A stretch of 64,000 nucleotides of DNA from a virus. Positions 9,230-17,503 of the stretch are shown here, piece by piece. The translations under genes and the position numbers were made by a program. Each line of letters starts with the position of its first letter. Within the stretch, counting starts at the first letter, position 1. The DNA lies in IMG/VR virus record IMGVR_UViG_3300032268_001078, positions 64,001 through 128,000 of that record; one strand, 5' to 3'. Under the pieces are notes generated by a model that was not told the DNA's origin, ran no database searches, and worked only from the letters and a program-made list of their open reading frames with translations.

Positions 9230-9925
9230 TTAGTAAAGAAGTTTATGAGAAGAAGCCATGTCAATTGATTTAAAATATTCAGCTCTAACTTCTGCTTTAT
9301 CCATAAATACTCCTGTTAAGTGATTAGTAACCATTGCTGAACCTACATGATTTGTTCCTCTACAACTAACACATTGGTGTTCTCCAACAATAGTTACTGC
9401 TACCCCAATATTACCCTCACATACATTATCAACAGCATTGTGAATAGCCATTGTAAGTTGTTCTTGAATAGCACCTCTTCTCCCAAAATGCTCTACAAGA
9501 CGATTTAGTTTACTTAAACCAATTACTTTAGCATCTGGTCCAGGAATGTAAGCGATATGTACTCTTCCTAAAATAGTTTCATGATGATGTGAACACATTG
9601 ATGTTAATGGTATGTTTGTTTGAACTACCATTCCTTGGTATCCATCACTTGGAAAAGCAGTTATTGATGGAGGAGCATCATATCTTCCTCTCCATTGTTC
9701 AAAAACATACTTTTTCGCGATACGACGAGGAGTGTCACTACTATTAGGATCGTTTTCCCAATCACAACCTAATGCTGTCAAAAATTGACCATAAGCTTCT
9801 GCTGCTTTATCTACCATAGCCCATTTTTCTTTTTCAGTAAATGGAAAGCCGGGCGCTATTCCATTTGCATAACCTTGTTTTACTACTTCTAAATCAAGTG
9901 TAAAAGTTTTCTTATTATTTGTCAT
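9230..9925 (-). CDS. folE: GTP cyclohydrolase I
   Basis: Motifs DTPRRIAK, SMCSHH, GLSKLNRLV, IQEQLT and HQCVSCRG. Confidence 0.95.
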   Translation of the reverse strand: MTNNKKTFTLDLEVVKQGYANGIAPGFPFTEKEKWAMVDKAAEAYGQFLTALGCDWENDPNSSDTPRRIAKKYVFEQWRGRYDAPPSITAFPSDGYQGMVVQTNIPLTSMCSHHHETILGRVHIAYIPGPDAKVIGLSKLNRLVEHFGRRGAIQEQLTMAIHNAVDNVCEGNIGVAVTIVGEHQCVSCRGTNHVGSAMVTNHLTGVFMDKAEVRAEYFKSIDMASSHKLLY

Positions 9926-10100
9926 TGTTTTTGATTTTTTTTTCTGTTTCTAAAATTCGTTTTGATGTTGTTGATGCTAAAGTAAATATTTGTATCCACA
10001 ATTTATCAATTTCTCTTCTTTGTTTATCTATAATATAACCAAAATAACATAAAATCCCAAAAATTACTGCTAAAATTATATATAAGATTGTTAATGTCAT
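9915..10100 (-). CDS. Small membrane-anchored hypothetical protein
   Basis: N-terminal hydrophobic helix followed by a coiled-coil-like tail; overlaps both neighbours. Confidence 0.6.
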   Translation of the reverse strand: MTLTILYIILAVIFGILCYFGYIIDKQRREIDKLWIQIFTLASTTSKRILETEKKIKNNDK

Positions 10101-10498
10101 AATTTTTCTGGTGGTGTGTTAAATATTCTTTTTACTTGTTCTGATATTGAAATAGGCTGTCCTTCATTATCAACTCTAACAAAAGTCATCTTAGTGGCTA
10201 ATAATACAACTTCATCTGCTCTAAAAACATTGTATGCTCTTGCTTCTACTTTAAATGTAGCTGATGTATTTCCTATTTTAGATAATTCAGCATATATCTT
10301 AACTAGATTGTTTTCTTTAGCTGGTTTTTTAAATACACATTCATCAATAGCCATTGTGATCATATTTTGTGTTCGACATTTTTCCATAGCATAAGCAGCT
10401 ACAGCAGAGTCTAACCATGCTAAAAGTACTCCTCCAAATAAATTACCGTGGAAACCTAAGTCTGATTTTTTAACTGGGTGTGTTGATAGTAAATCCAT
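10097..10498 (-). CDS. Hotdog-fold acyl-CoA thioesterase (YciA-like)
   Basis: DLGFHGNLFGGVLLAWLDSA, FKKP, GNTS and TFVRVD..G.P pattern. Confidence 0.85.
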   Translation of the reverse strand: MDLLSTHPVKKSDLGFHGNLFGGVLLAWLDSAVAAYAMEKCRTQNMITMAIDECVFKKPAKENNLVKIYAELSKIGNTSATFKVEARAYNVFRADEVVLLATKMTFVRVDNEGQPISISEQVKRIFNTPPEKL

Positions 10499-11292
10499 TA
10501 AACTGCTCTTTTAGTATCGTATGATATAATATGATCTCTACCAGTCCAATTGTATCCCATTTCAAATGCTTTTTCTAAACTAATTGGATACTGTTTAATC
10601 AATTCTTCTCTGTTATCACCAGCTGGCATTAACCATGTTTTATTTTTAGGAATGTTGTGTTTTATTCTAAACTCTTCAATTTCTTGAATATTTTCTTCTG
10701 TTCCGTCGTAAACTGGTTTGTAATGATAATCTGAATGGTAAGCTAGAGTTTTACTAATTGCGTCATGATTTAAACGTAATTTGTTATGTTGGTCAATCAT
10801 CTTTTGATCAACGAGTTTACCCATTGGTGTAGTGACGTCAATTTTAGGTACAGAGTTACTAAACTTAGGGCTAAGAGATACCAACCCAAATGGATAATCT
10901 GTTTCAATAAAATGGCTGCCTTCTGTTTCAATAGTTATAAATATACCTCTTTCGTTAGCAAAGTGAGTTAATTCATTACAAAGATCAGGTTGCATTGTTG
11001 GTGAACCACCCGTTAACATCATTTCAGTAATTGTTGGATTTTCATCATAAATTTTGATGATATCATTAAATGTGTAAGTTCCTTTACCTGGATGAATACT
11101 TGTGTACCAAGAATCACACCAGCCTCCAGCACCAAACCAACAACGATGTGTACATCCAGTTGTTCTAATAGCTACTGTTGGTCTACCTTGTCTTGAACCC
11201 TCACTTTGAATACAAGTGTAGAGTTCAAGAATTGGTAAAGTTTTATTATAATCAGTAATTCTACCTGGTTTTTTAATTTCTGTCATAAGCAT
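10498..11292 (-). CDS. queE: 7-carboxy-7-deazaguanine synthase (radical SAM)
   Basis: ELYTCIQSEG, RTTGCTHRC...WCDSWY (CX3CX7C), LTGGSP, TIETEG and SLSPK. Confidence 0.9.
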   Translation of the reverse strand: MLMTEIKKPGRITDYNKTLPILELYTCIQSEGSRQGRPTVAIRTTGCTHRCWFGAGGWCDSWYTSIHPGKGTYTFNDIIKIYDENPTITEMMLTGGSPTMQPDLCNELTHFANERGIFITIETEGSHFIETDYPFGLVSLSPKFSNSVPKIDVTTPMGKLVDQKMIDQHNKLRLNHDAISKTLAYHSDYHYKPVYDGTEENIQEIEEFRIKHNIPKNKTWLMPAGDNREELIKQYPISLEKAFEMGYNWTGRDHIISYDTKRAV

Positions 11293-11515
11293 CTTGTAGT
11301 GTCTGTAATGTTGTTATTCCAACGTTTTTCCATACTTCTACTCCATCTTTTAACAAGATAGTTGTAGGTACAGCTTTTATTCCATATGATACCGCTGTAT
11401 CTATATCGATAGTTATATCTATTTTTTCAACAGGTACATTTAATGTACTGATTATTGGTCCGTAAGTCCTACAAGGTCCACATGTAGGAGATGTAAAATA
11501 TATAAATTTTTTCAT
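11273..11515 (-). CDS. trxA: Thioredoxin
   Basis: CGPC active site and cis-Pro motif AVPT. Confidence 0.9.
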   Translation of the reverse strand: MKKFIYFTSPTCGPCRTYGPIISTLNVPVEKIDITIDIDTAVSYGIKAVPTTILLKDGVEVWKNVGITTLQTLQDAYDRN

Positions 11516-11522
11516 TTTCTAT

Positions 11523-11551
11523 AATATAATTAATTTTGTTTAAATTTCCAA
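11523..11551 (-). promoter_or_regulatory. Promoter TTGGAA-17 bp-TATATT upstream of trx-queE-thioesterase-folE
   Basis: -35 at 11546-11551, inside the 3' end of the endonuclease gene; -10 at 11523-11528. Confidence 0.6.
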
Positions 11552-12096
11552 ATAAAACCATATGCTGTTGGTTGTTTTCCTCTACAAACAGCCCCAACAC
11601 CATCACTATTAGGTTTTTTCATAAATACTTGTGCTTGAATTTGTGATTCAAATTCTCTAATAAAAGTTCCATTTAAATCATATTGTATGACTGGTGTTTG
11701 TGACCATGTATTTTTTCTTTCTTTTAAATGACTTCGTTTTAATTTTATTTTACTTTTATGTTCATCACTAAATAATTTTCCTTTATGAGATTTTGATTTA
11801 CCTTTAGTTTTTTTACTAATTTTTTGATTTCGTTCATTAGTGAATGTAATAGTAGTTGATCCTCCACCACCAAAATTTTTATTTTCTAAAATAAATCCCC
11901 AACTTCTATATAAAAATATATAATGACTTTCCCAAAATTTCCATTCATTTAATGATACTTCATCTATTATTTCAAATTGAATGTTTTTACCAAATTTTTT
12001 ACGATGATCTCCTTTTCTACCTTGAATAGAATTGGTTTTACCTATGTAAAATGGTATTTTATTTCCATTATGTAAATAGTAGATAAAGGTGTTCAT
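11530..12096 (-). CDS. GIY-YIG homing endonuclease with C-terminal NUMOD1-like DNA-binding domain
   Basis: FIYYL...FYIGKT...R..H, E..WI and N; C-terminal PVIQYDLNGTFIREFES...TAYGFIWKF. Confidence 0.85.
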   Translation of the reverse strand: MNTFIYYLHNGNKIPFYIGKTNSIQGRKGDHRKKFGKNIQFEIIDEVSLNEWKFWESHYIFLYRSWGFILENKNFGGGGSTTITFTNERNQKISKKTKGKSKSHKGKLFSDEHKSKIKLKRSHLKERKNTWSQTPVIQYDLNGTFIREFESQIQAQVFMKKPNSDGVGAVCRGKQPTAYGFIWKFKQN

Positions 12097-12098
12097 AA

Positions 12099-12563
12099 TT
12101 ATCCTTTGTAAATTGCTGTATTTTTTTCGTGTTCTCTAAATTCAACTTGAGTTACTTTAACTCTACCTTCTGTTTCTAGTTGAACAAAATTATTTAGTTT
12201 ATTGTAAAAATATTCAGCAAAACGTTCTGCTCCTACTGATGGAATAATTCTTAATTGGATTATACCAGACTCGTGCATTTGCATAAATAGAGGTAAGTAA
12301 GGATCATCTTCAGCTACAATAGTTGTATGATCAAGCATATAATCCATCCATACTTTAGGATTCATACCATCAATAGTACCTTTAGCTCTTTTCATTCCTC
12401 CGAAGTCCCAAACCCAATTACGCTCATCAAGTTCACCTTCAAACCATACTCTAAAACTTACTGCATAACCATGCAAAAATTTACAGTGAGTATCTTCTGC
12501 TTTCCATTGTCTAAAACAAGCAGAATATCCATCAAATAACTTTGTTGATTTAAATGTTTTCAT
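12099..12563 (-). CDS. queD: 6-carboxy-5,6,7,8-tetrahydropterin synthase
   Basis: HCKFLHGY, VWDFG, LDHT, AERFA and VEFREHEKNTAIY. Confidence 0.9.
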   Translation of the reverse strand: MKTFKSTKLFDGYSACFRQWKAEDTHCKFLHGYAVSFRVWFEGELDERNWVWDFGGMKRAKGTIDGMNPKVWMDYMLDHTTIVAEDDPYLPLFMQMHESGIIQLRIIPSVGAERFAEYFYNKLNNFVQLETEGRVKVTQVEFREHEKNTAIYKG

Positions 12564-12569
12564 ATTAAT

Positions 12570-12598
12570 AATATAATAAAATTTATTTTAAAAACCAA
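12570..12598 (-). promoter_or_regulatory. Promoter TTGGTT-17 bp-TATATT upstream of queD
   Basis: -35 at 12593-12598, -10 at 12570-12575. Confidence 0.65.
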
Positions 12599-13232
12599 AA
12601 GCTTTAATAGTATAATCAAAAGGATTTCCTTCAATGTTTTTAACTTGATCTAACATCATTTGTGCTAATTCTCTTACTTCAACTTGAGCGTGTTCACTGT
12701 TTCTTAACTGTTGAAAATGCGCAAAACTACGCCAGTTAAACATAATATCCATTGTTATTTGACTATTAAATGTCTTAAAAAACCTAGCTGATTCTTTCGC
12801 GCGTTTTCTACCTAGTATAGGAGTTAAATCTTTTAAACAATCATGATATAATTTATTAGCTCTTTTTGTATGAGTAGATAAAATATACAACCATTTATCT
12901 TCAACTTCTGTAGTTTTTATATCTTCCCAATCTTCAGGTAAATAAAAATTATCTTCTTTTAGCTCTTTATATCTAGCACTTTCACCATTAATACTAACTC
13001 CAATTCTGTGTTTTAGTAAATGAATATGAGTTGCTTGATCTACTGTAACTAAAAAATGTAAACTAGACTTTTCAAAAGGTGTGTGATGACCTTCTTTAGC
13101 TAACATCTCCAATAATTTAGGAACTCTATTTATTTTATCTTCATTTAAATCTCTAGATGTACTAGTCCATGCCGAACATGCATGAACTAAATCGTCTCCA
13201 TAATGTCCCAATAATTCTACTTTGTTTTTCAT
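12588..13232 (-). CDS. thyX: FAD-dependent thymidylate synthase
   Basis: GHHTPFE, KHRIGVSINGESARY, NWRSFAHF and LRNSEHAQVEVR. Confidence 0.92.
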   Translation of the reverse strand: MKNKVELLGHYGDDLVHACSAWTSTSRDLNEDKINRVPKLLEMLAKEGHHTPFEKSSLHFLVTVDQATHIHLLKHRIGVSINGESARYKELKEDNFYLPEDWEDIKTTEVEDKWLYILSTHTKRANKLYHDCLKDLTPILGRKRAKESARFFKTFNSQITMDIMFNWRSFAHFQQLRNSEHAQVEVRELAQMMLDQVKNIEGNPFDYTIKAFGF

Positions 13233-13236
13233 AATT

Positions 13237-13455
13237 TTAACCTTGTTTTGTTCCTAATGCCCAAACTGATTGTGGAAATAATTCTTTTCTCAGTTTTAAT
13301 ATAATGTCTCTTTTTTCTTGAAATTTATCCCCATAATAAGGATGATATCCATTTAAAACTTCTTTTGTTATTTCATAATCTAATTTAGCTATTAAAGCCA
13401 TTTTTTCTATTCTTTCTTTATCCATTATTATAGTAATATCTTTAAAAATAACCAA
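13237..13455 (-). CDS. Hypothetical protein (true start may be the Met at 13425)
   Basis: Fills the gap in the operon between GT2 and thyX; no motif recognised. Confidence 0.5.
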   Translation of the reverse strand: MVIFKDITIIMDKERIEKMALIAKLDYEITKEVLNGYHPYYGDKFQEKRDIILKLRKELFPQSVWALGTKQG

Positions 13456-14149
13456 CGTCTTTATAAAAGTAATTAAGATTTTTTCTATTTTTATAGTTAT
13501 TTAATAATAATTTTATCATTTTTCCATAACCATATCTTTTAAATCTTCTATTATTTTGAGTAATTAAATCTGGTATTAATAAAAATCTTGATGGTTTTAC
13601 TTGACGACTTAAAAGCCAATCTTCAGATTGAGTTGCTTTTTCATCATATCCTCCTAGTTTTTTAAAAACATCTTTTTTAACTAATGTGAAACCACCAATA
13701 GCAAATGGTTGGGTTTTAGAAAGATACCAAGTTATTAATAAGTTTATACGAAATAATAGCCAAGCTCTAACATCAAATTCTCCTTTATACCATGGAGTAG
13801 TACCCACCATGTCAATTGGTCTATTATATATACTATCAAACGCTGTTTTGATTGACTGTCTATCTGTAAAAGTGATATCTGCATCTAAAAATAAGATATA
13901 AGGTGTTTTTACTAATTTAGCTCCTGCATTTCTTCCTATTGCTGGAAGTCCTCCATCTATTATTTTTAAATTTAAATCAAGTTCAAAAGCATAAGTATTA
14001 GCTAATACTCTAGTTCTATCTGTAGATTTAGCATCAGCAAGAATAATTAAAGTATTTCCAATATTTTGTTGTTTTAATTCTAAAAATAATTGTTTAATGT
14101 TTTCTTCTTCGTTTTTACAAGGAATAACAATAGTTAAGATTTTTTCCAT
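13442..14149 (-). CDS. Glycosyltransferase family 2
   Basis: TIVIPCKNEE, DAKSTDRT, GRNAGA, FLDAD (DxD), GGYDE and ED. Confidence 0.9.
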   Translation of the reverse strand: MEKILTIVIPCKNEEENIKQLFLELKQQNIGNTLIILADAKSTDRTRVLANTYAFELDLNLKIIDGGLPAIGRNAGAKLVKTPYILFLDADITFTDRQSIKTAFDSIYNRPIDMVGTTPWYKGEFDVRAWLLFRINLLITWYLSKTQPFAIGGFTLVKKDVFKKLGGYDEKATQSEDWLLSRQVKPSRFLLIPDLITQNNRRFKRYGYGKMIKLLLNNYKNRKNLNYFYKDVGYF

Positions 14150-14820
14150 AATTTTAAAGTATTATATTCTGAGTAGTATGTTATATGAGAACAATTTTCA
14201 ACCCAATCTCCACAATTCATATAACGAATACCATCAATCACTTTATCAGAAGGTGAATGAATATGACCACAAACTACTGTATGACAGTTTCTTTTTTTAG
14301 CTTGTCTTACCATTTCATTTTCAAAATCAACCATAAATGAAATAGCAGCTTTAATATTGTCTTTTAAAAACTTAGATAAACTTTTTTTCTTACCGAATTT
14401 TTTTAAGAATCTATCAATTACAATTGCAAGATCATACCCTAAAGATCCAAGCATACCAAGCCAATGCATTTGAACAATACCGTCGTACTTATCCCCATGA
14501 CAGAACCAGATTCCATCTTCTACATACTCATCTACAACTGTAATATTACCAATTTCTAAAGGTGTGTATTTTCTTAAAAATTCATCATGGTTTCCAGAAA
14601 TCCAAATAATTTGTTTGTCTTTTGAAAGTTTTAGAAATCTTCGAATAACTCTAGTTTGATTATAATCAAACTTTTTGTATTTTTTAAATAACCATCCGTC
14701 GATAATATCACCAACTAAAATGTATCTTTCATAACTTTCATCTTCAAGTAAACGTAGAACGTTTTCTGCTTGACATCCTTTTGATCCAACATGGATGTCT
14801 GATATTACTAGTGTTTTCAT
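14134..14820 (-). CDS. Calcineurin-like metallophosphoesterase (LpxH-like, UDP-2,3-diacylglucosamine hydrolase family)
   Basis: SDIHVG, VGDIIDGW, SGNHDE, HGD, CGHIH and NCGDWVE. Confidence 0.85.
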   Translation of the reverse strand: MKTLVISDIHVGSKGCQAENVLRLLEDESYERYILVGDIIDGWLFKKYKKFDYNQTRVIRRFLKLSKDKQIIWISGNHDEFLRKYTPLEIGNITVVDEYVEDGIWFCHGDKYDGIVQMHWLGMLGSLGYDLAIVIDRFLKKFGKKKSLSKFLKDNIKAAISFMVDFENEMVRQAKKRNCHTVVCGHIHSPSDKVIDGIRYMNCGDWVENCSHITYYSEYNTLKLWKKS

Positions 14821-15326
14821 TTATAATAAATAGCTTTTAAATGTCGTGAACCACCATTTTCGTCGTCCATTCCATAACCAATATACCAAAAATCATTATT
14901 TTCTTTAGGAACACTCATAATACACATTTCTTCTCTGTATTTGTCATCATATTTTTTTAATGCAAAAATACCTTCAACACTTTTTGCTCCTTTGTACTCA
15001 TAGTGAATTTTTAAGTACTCATAAGTAATTCCACTGTCTAAAATATCATCAATAAGATAAACGTGTTTGTCTGTCACGTCTACCCTACTGTCTAACAACA
15101 TTTTAAATCCAGTGTTTTCTGTTCCTGTGTATGAAGCACAATTTACAAAATCACAAATAATATTCATACGTTGGAGTTCTTGCATCAAATCCGCGTAAAA
15201 CATAAAACCTCCACGCATTACTCCAATCATTACAATTGGTTCGTCTACGTTGTGTCTCATCATAATTTTCTCAACAATTTTGAGAACACCCATACGAATT
15301 TGATGTGGATTTAATAATACTTGCAT
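14817..15326 (-). CDS. hpt: Hypoxanthine/guanine-type phosphoribosyltransferase
   Basis: VMRGGFMFYADL, SY.G, PRPP-binding LIDDILDSGIT and IGYGMD. Confidence 0.85.
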   Translation of the reverse strand: MQVLLNPHQIRMGVLKIVEKIMMRHNVDEPIVMIGVMRGGFMFYADLMQELQRMNIICDFVNCASYTGTENTGFKMLLDSRVDVTDKHVYLIDDILDSGITYEYLKIHYEYKGAKSVEGIFALKKYDDKYREEMCIMSVPKENNDFWYIGYGMDDENGGSRHLKAIYYK

Positions 15327-15481
15327 TATACTAGTTCCTCTACAATACCTACTAATTCTGATATGATTAAAATAATTGCTCCAAGGCTAATGCTCCAGAA
15401 TAAAGCAACATAGCCAGAGATTCTAACAGCTGATTTTAAAAAGCTGACTGACTGATGTAGTTTAGGATCTGGATGTTTCAT
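15326..15481 (-). CDS. Small membrane protein, 51 aa (below the track cutoff)
   Basis: Manual translation MKHPDPKLHQSVSFLKSAVRISGYVALFWSISLGAIILIISELVGIVEELV; its stop overlaps the hpt start (TAATG). Confidence 0.7.
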   Translation of the reverse strand: MKHPDPKLHQSVSFLKSAVRISGYVALFWSISLGAIILIISELVGIVEELV

Positions 15482-16334
15482 GTTTGTCTAAAACTTGTTT
15501 TACGTATTCTACAACATATTCCCAACTTACAGGACCAAATTCATCAGCATATTGAACTGGATCTTTACGACCTAATTTCAAAAATGCTTCTACTCTTTCT
15601 ACACTTGATGCTGATTTAAAATCACTAAACCATTCTTTTTCATAACAAACATTGTCTCCAACTGTATATTCAATACTATGTTGAATTGGTTTATAAGATG
15701 TGTTTGTTTTGCTGTAAACTTTATCAAAGTTCAAATGTAAAAAAGTGCAACATTCTTCTCCATCTTTTAAAATATCAAATTTATCTCCTAACAAATATGG
15801 AGTATAATATGCTACTTTTTCAGCACCCCAGTTACCCATTTTAAAAGCAAATTCATCTGCATCTCTAAATTCTTGTCTGCAATCTGGATAGATACTATGA
15901 TCACCTGCGTGGATGCCCATAGCAATTTCAACATTACAATTTTTAGATTCTGCAATTGATAAAGCTACTGCTTGAATAATTGAACTAAAGATTTTGTTTC
16001 TGTTTGGTACTACTGTTGCTTTCATATTTTCTTCAGCATAGTGACCTTCAGGAACTTCTGCTCCTCCTGTTACTAGAGCTGAATTGAGTAGTTGGCTTAG
16101 TCCATCTAATTTAATTACTTGATACTTAACTTTTGGATAATAATACTCATCTTCATAACGAGAATGTGCATTAACATATCTTACTAAAGCTTGAGCACGT
16201 TCAAGTTCAATTGAGTGTTTTTGCCCATAGTCAAAAGACAGTGCGGTTACTTCATAGCCCTTGGCGAGTAGATGAAGTAACAATGTGGAGCTGTCCATAC
16301 CTCCACTTAATGATAGTACTGCTTGTTTATTCAT
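15462..16334 (-). CDS. queC: 7-cyano-7-deazaguanine (preQ0) synthase, variant lacking the C-terminal Zn-cysteine cluster
   Basis: SGGMDS, FDYGQKH..E, TVVPNRN and HAGDH..YPDCR. Confidence 0.92.
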   Translation of the reverse strand: MNKQAVLSLSGGMDSSTLLLHLLAKGYEVTALSFDYGQKHSIELERAQALVRYVNAHSRYEDEYYYPKVKYQVIKLDGLSQLLNSALVTGGAEVPEGHYAEENMKATVVPNRNKIFSSIIQAVALSIAESKNCNVEIAMGIHAGDHSIYPDCRQEFRDADEFAFKMGNWGAEKVAYYTPYLLGDKFDILKDGEECCTFLHLNFDKVYSKTNTSYKPIQHSIEYTVGDNVCYEKEWFSDFKSASSVERVEAFLKLGRKDPVQYADEFGPVSWEYVVEYVKQVLDKHETSRS

Positions 16335-16750
16335 TATAACTTTATTGTTCTTAGTGTTTTAATAATAATTTCTTCTGGTTCAAATTTACTTACTTCTGGG
16401 TCTTTACTTGCGGCATATTCAATACTTCCTTGGCTTAATGTTTCAACCCAAAATGTTTTGATCATTTTAGATCTAATGATTTTACCATCTTGATTTCTAG
16501 TCACTTTTATTACAGCAATTTCATGTTGCCATGAACTTCCAATCGTACTATCACCTAAATCATGAATTAATTGTCCCTTAATAATCATATTAGGTTCATA
16601 ACTTTGTGGATTGTAAATAGTATTAGTAAGTGTTCCCCAAGAAGTACCTGATGTTGATGTTAATATACCTGTAGCTGTAGCACTTGAGGGCAAAGTAGTG
16701 GATGTAGTAGTTGCTGTAGCACTTGATGGTATAGTAGAGGTTGTTGTCAT
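16334..16750 (-). CDS. Hypothetical protein with Ser/Thr low-complexity N-terminus
   Basis: Duplicated TxPSSATAT segment; its stop overlaps the queC start. Confidence 0.55.
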   Translation of the reverse strand: MTTTSTIPSSATATTTSTTLPSSATATGILTSTSGTSWGTLTNTIYNPQSYEPNMIIKGQLIHDLGDSTIGSSWQHEIAVIKVTRNQDGKIIRSKMIKTFWVETLSQGSIEYAASKDPEVSKFEPEEIIIKTLRTIKL

Positions 16751-16763
16751 CTTATTTATTTTA

Positions 16764-17021
16764 TTAAATATATTCGTTACCGTTTTGTTTACTTAAAGCT
16801 GTAAAATAATGGTGTACAAGTTTTCCTTTATCTTCTGTTGGAATTGTTGTTGCCATAACTAAATGCATATTATCTTCAAAAGTTTCCATTTGGTCTTTAT
16901 TAGTATAATCAATGTTTTCTAAAAAACCAAATGCTAAATTTCTAGTAGACCCATCAGGAGACGACAACATACCAAGTATATTATCCCACATATCAGTATC
17001 AAATTTTAGTAATTCTTCCAT
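16764..17021 (-). CDS. Hypothetical protein (start moved to MEELLKFD)
   Basis: The longer track start at 17057 lies inside the promoter hairpin, so the ATG at 17021 is preferred. Confidence 0.55.
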   Translation of the reverse strand: MEELLKFDTDMWDNILGMLSSPDGSTRNLAFGFLENIDYTNKDQMETFEDNMHLVMATTIPTEDKGKLVHHYFTALSKQNGNEYI

Positions 17022-17036
17022 ATTGCTATTTATTAT

Positions 17037-17070
17037 AATATAAGAAAGGGTTGGCAAAATACCAACCCTC
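17037..17070 (-). promoter_or_regulatory. Composite terminator hairpin and promoter (TTGGTA-17 bp-TATATT) heading the queC-hpt-thyX operon
   Basis: Sense GAGGGTTGGTATTTTGCCAACCCTTTCTTATATT. Confidence 0.75.
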
Positions 17071-17092
17071 TTAATAGATTTTTTAAAATAAA

Positions 17093-17290
17093 TTAAAAAT
17101 CTTGTTTTGCAATTCCAGCTTCGATAGCTGCTAATGCTTTAGCTTCAGACAAAATAGCTGTCATTTTGTTTCCTGCTGCGTTTGTTCCTTTAGCGATAAA
17201 ACCACCACGTGATGTTTTGCTAATTGTTACTTCTACGAAAGCTACTCCTTTTTGTTTTGCTTTCAAATCGTATGCTACTAGTTGTTCCAT
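17093..17290 (-). CDS. Small basic protein, possibly a cysteine-less DUF5679-like protein
   Basis: AYDLKAK...ISKTSRGGFIAKG...KM pattern; family assignment is from recall only. Confidence 0.45.
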   Translation of the reverse strand: MEQLVAYDLKAKQKGVAFVEVTISKTSRGGFIAKGTNAAGNKMTAILSEAKALAAIEAGIAKQDF

Positions 17291-17293
17291 ATT

Positions 17294-17503
17294 CTATATT
17301 TCTGTTATTTGTTGTGTATTGTTAAAGTATGTTTCTAAAAAACTTTTAGGATAAAGTATTATTTTTCCTCTATAAACTGGATTAGATACTTCTCTTATTT
17401 TTGTTTGTACATTAAATTTTATTGCTTCGTTATTTACTTCTTTTCCTAATTCTCGTCCAGCGGCTTTTCCTAAAAAATCGTATAATGATAAATACTCGTC
17501 CAT
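17294..17503 (-). CDS. Small conserved-looking phage protein
   Basis: LSLYDFLGKAAG..LG..V and YRGKIILYP..FL; translationally coupled to the TGT-like gene. Confidence 0.6.
   Translation of the reverse strand: MDEYLSLYDFLGKAAGRELGKEVNNEAIKFNVQTKIREVSNPVYRGKIILYPKSFLETYFNNTQQITEI

Noticed and set aside
9230-9925. folE and queD as simple folate-biosynthesis auxiliary genes
   Set aside because: Co-location with queE, queC and a TGT-fold gene, and the absence of folB/K/P, favour deazaguanine synthesis.
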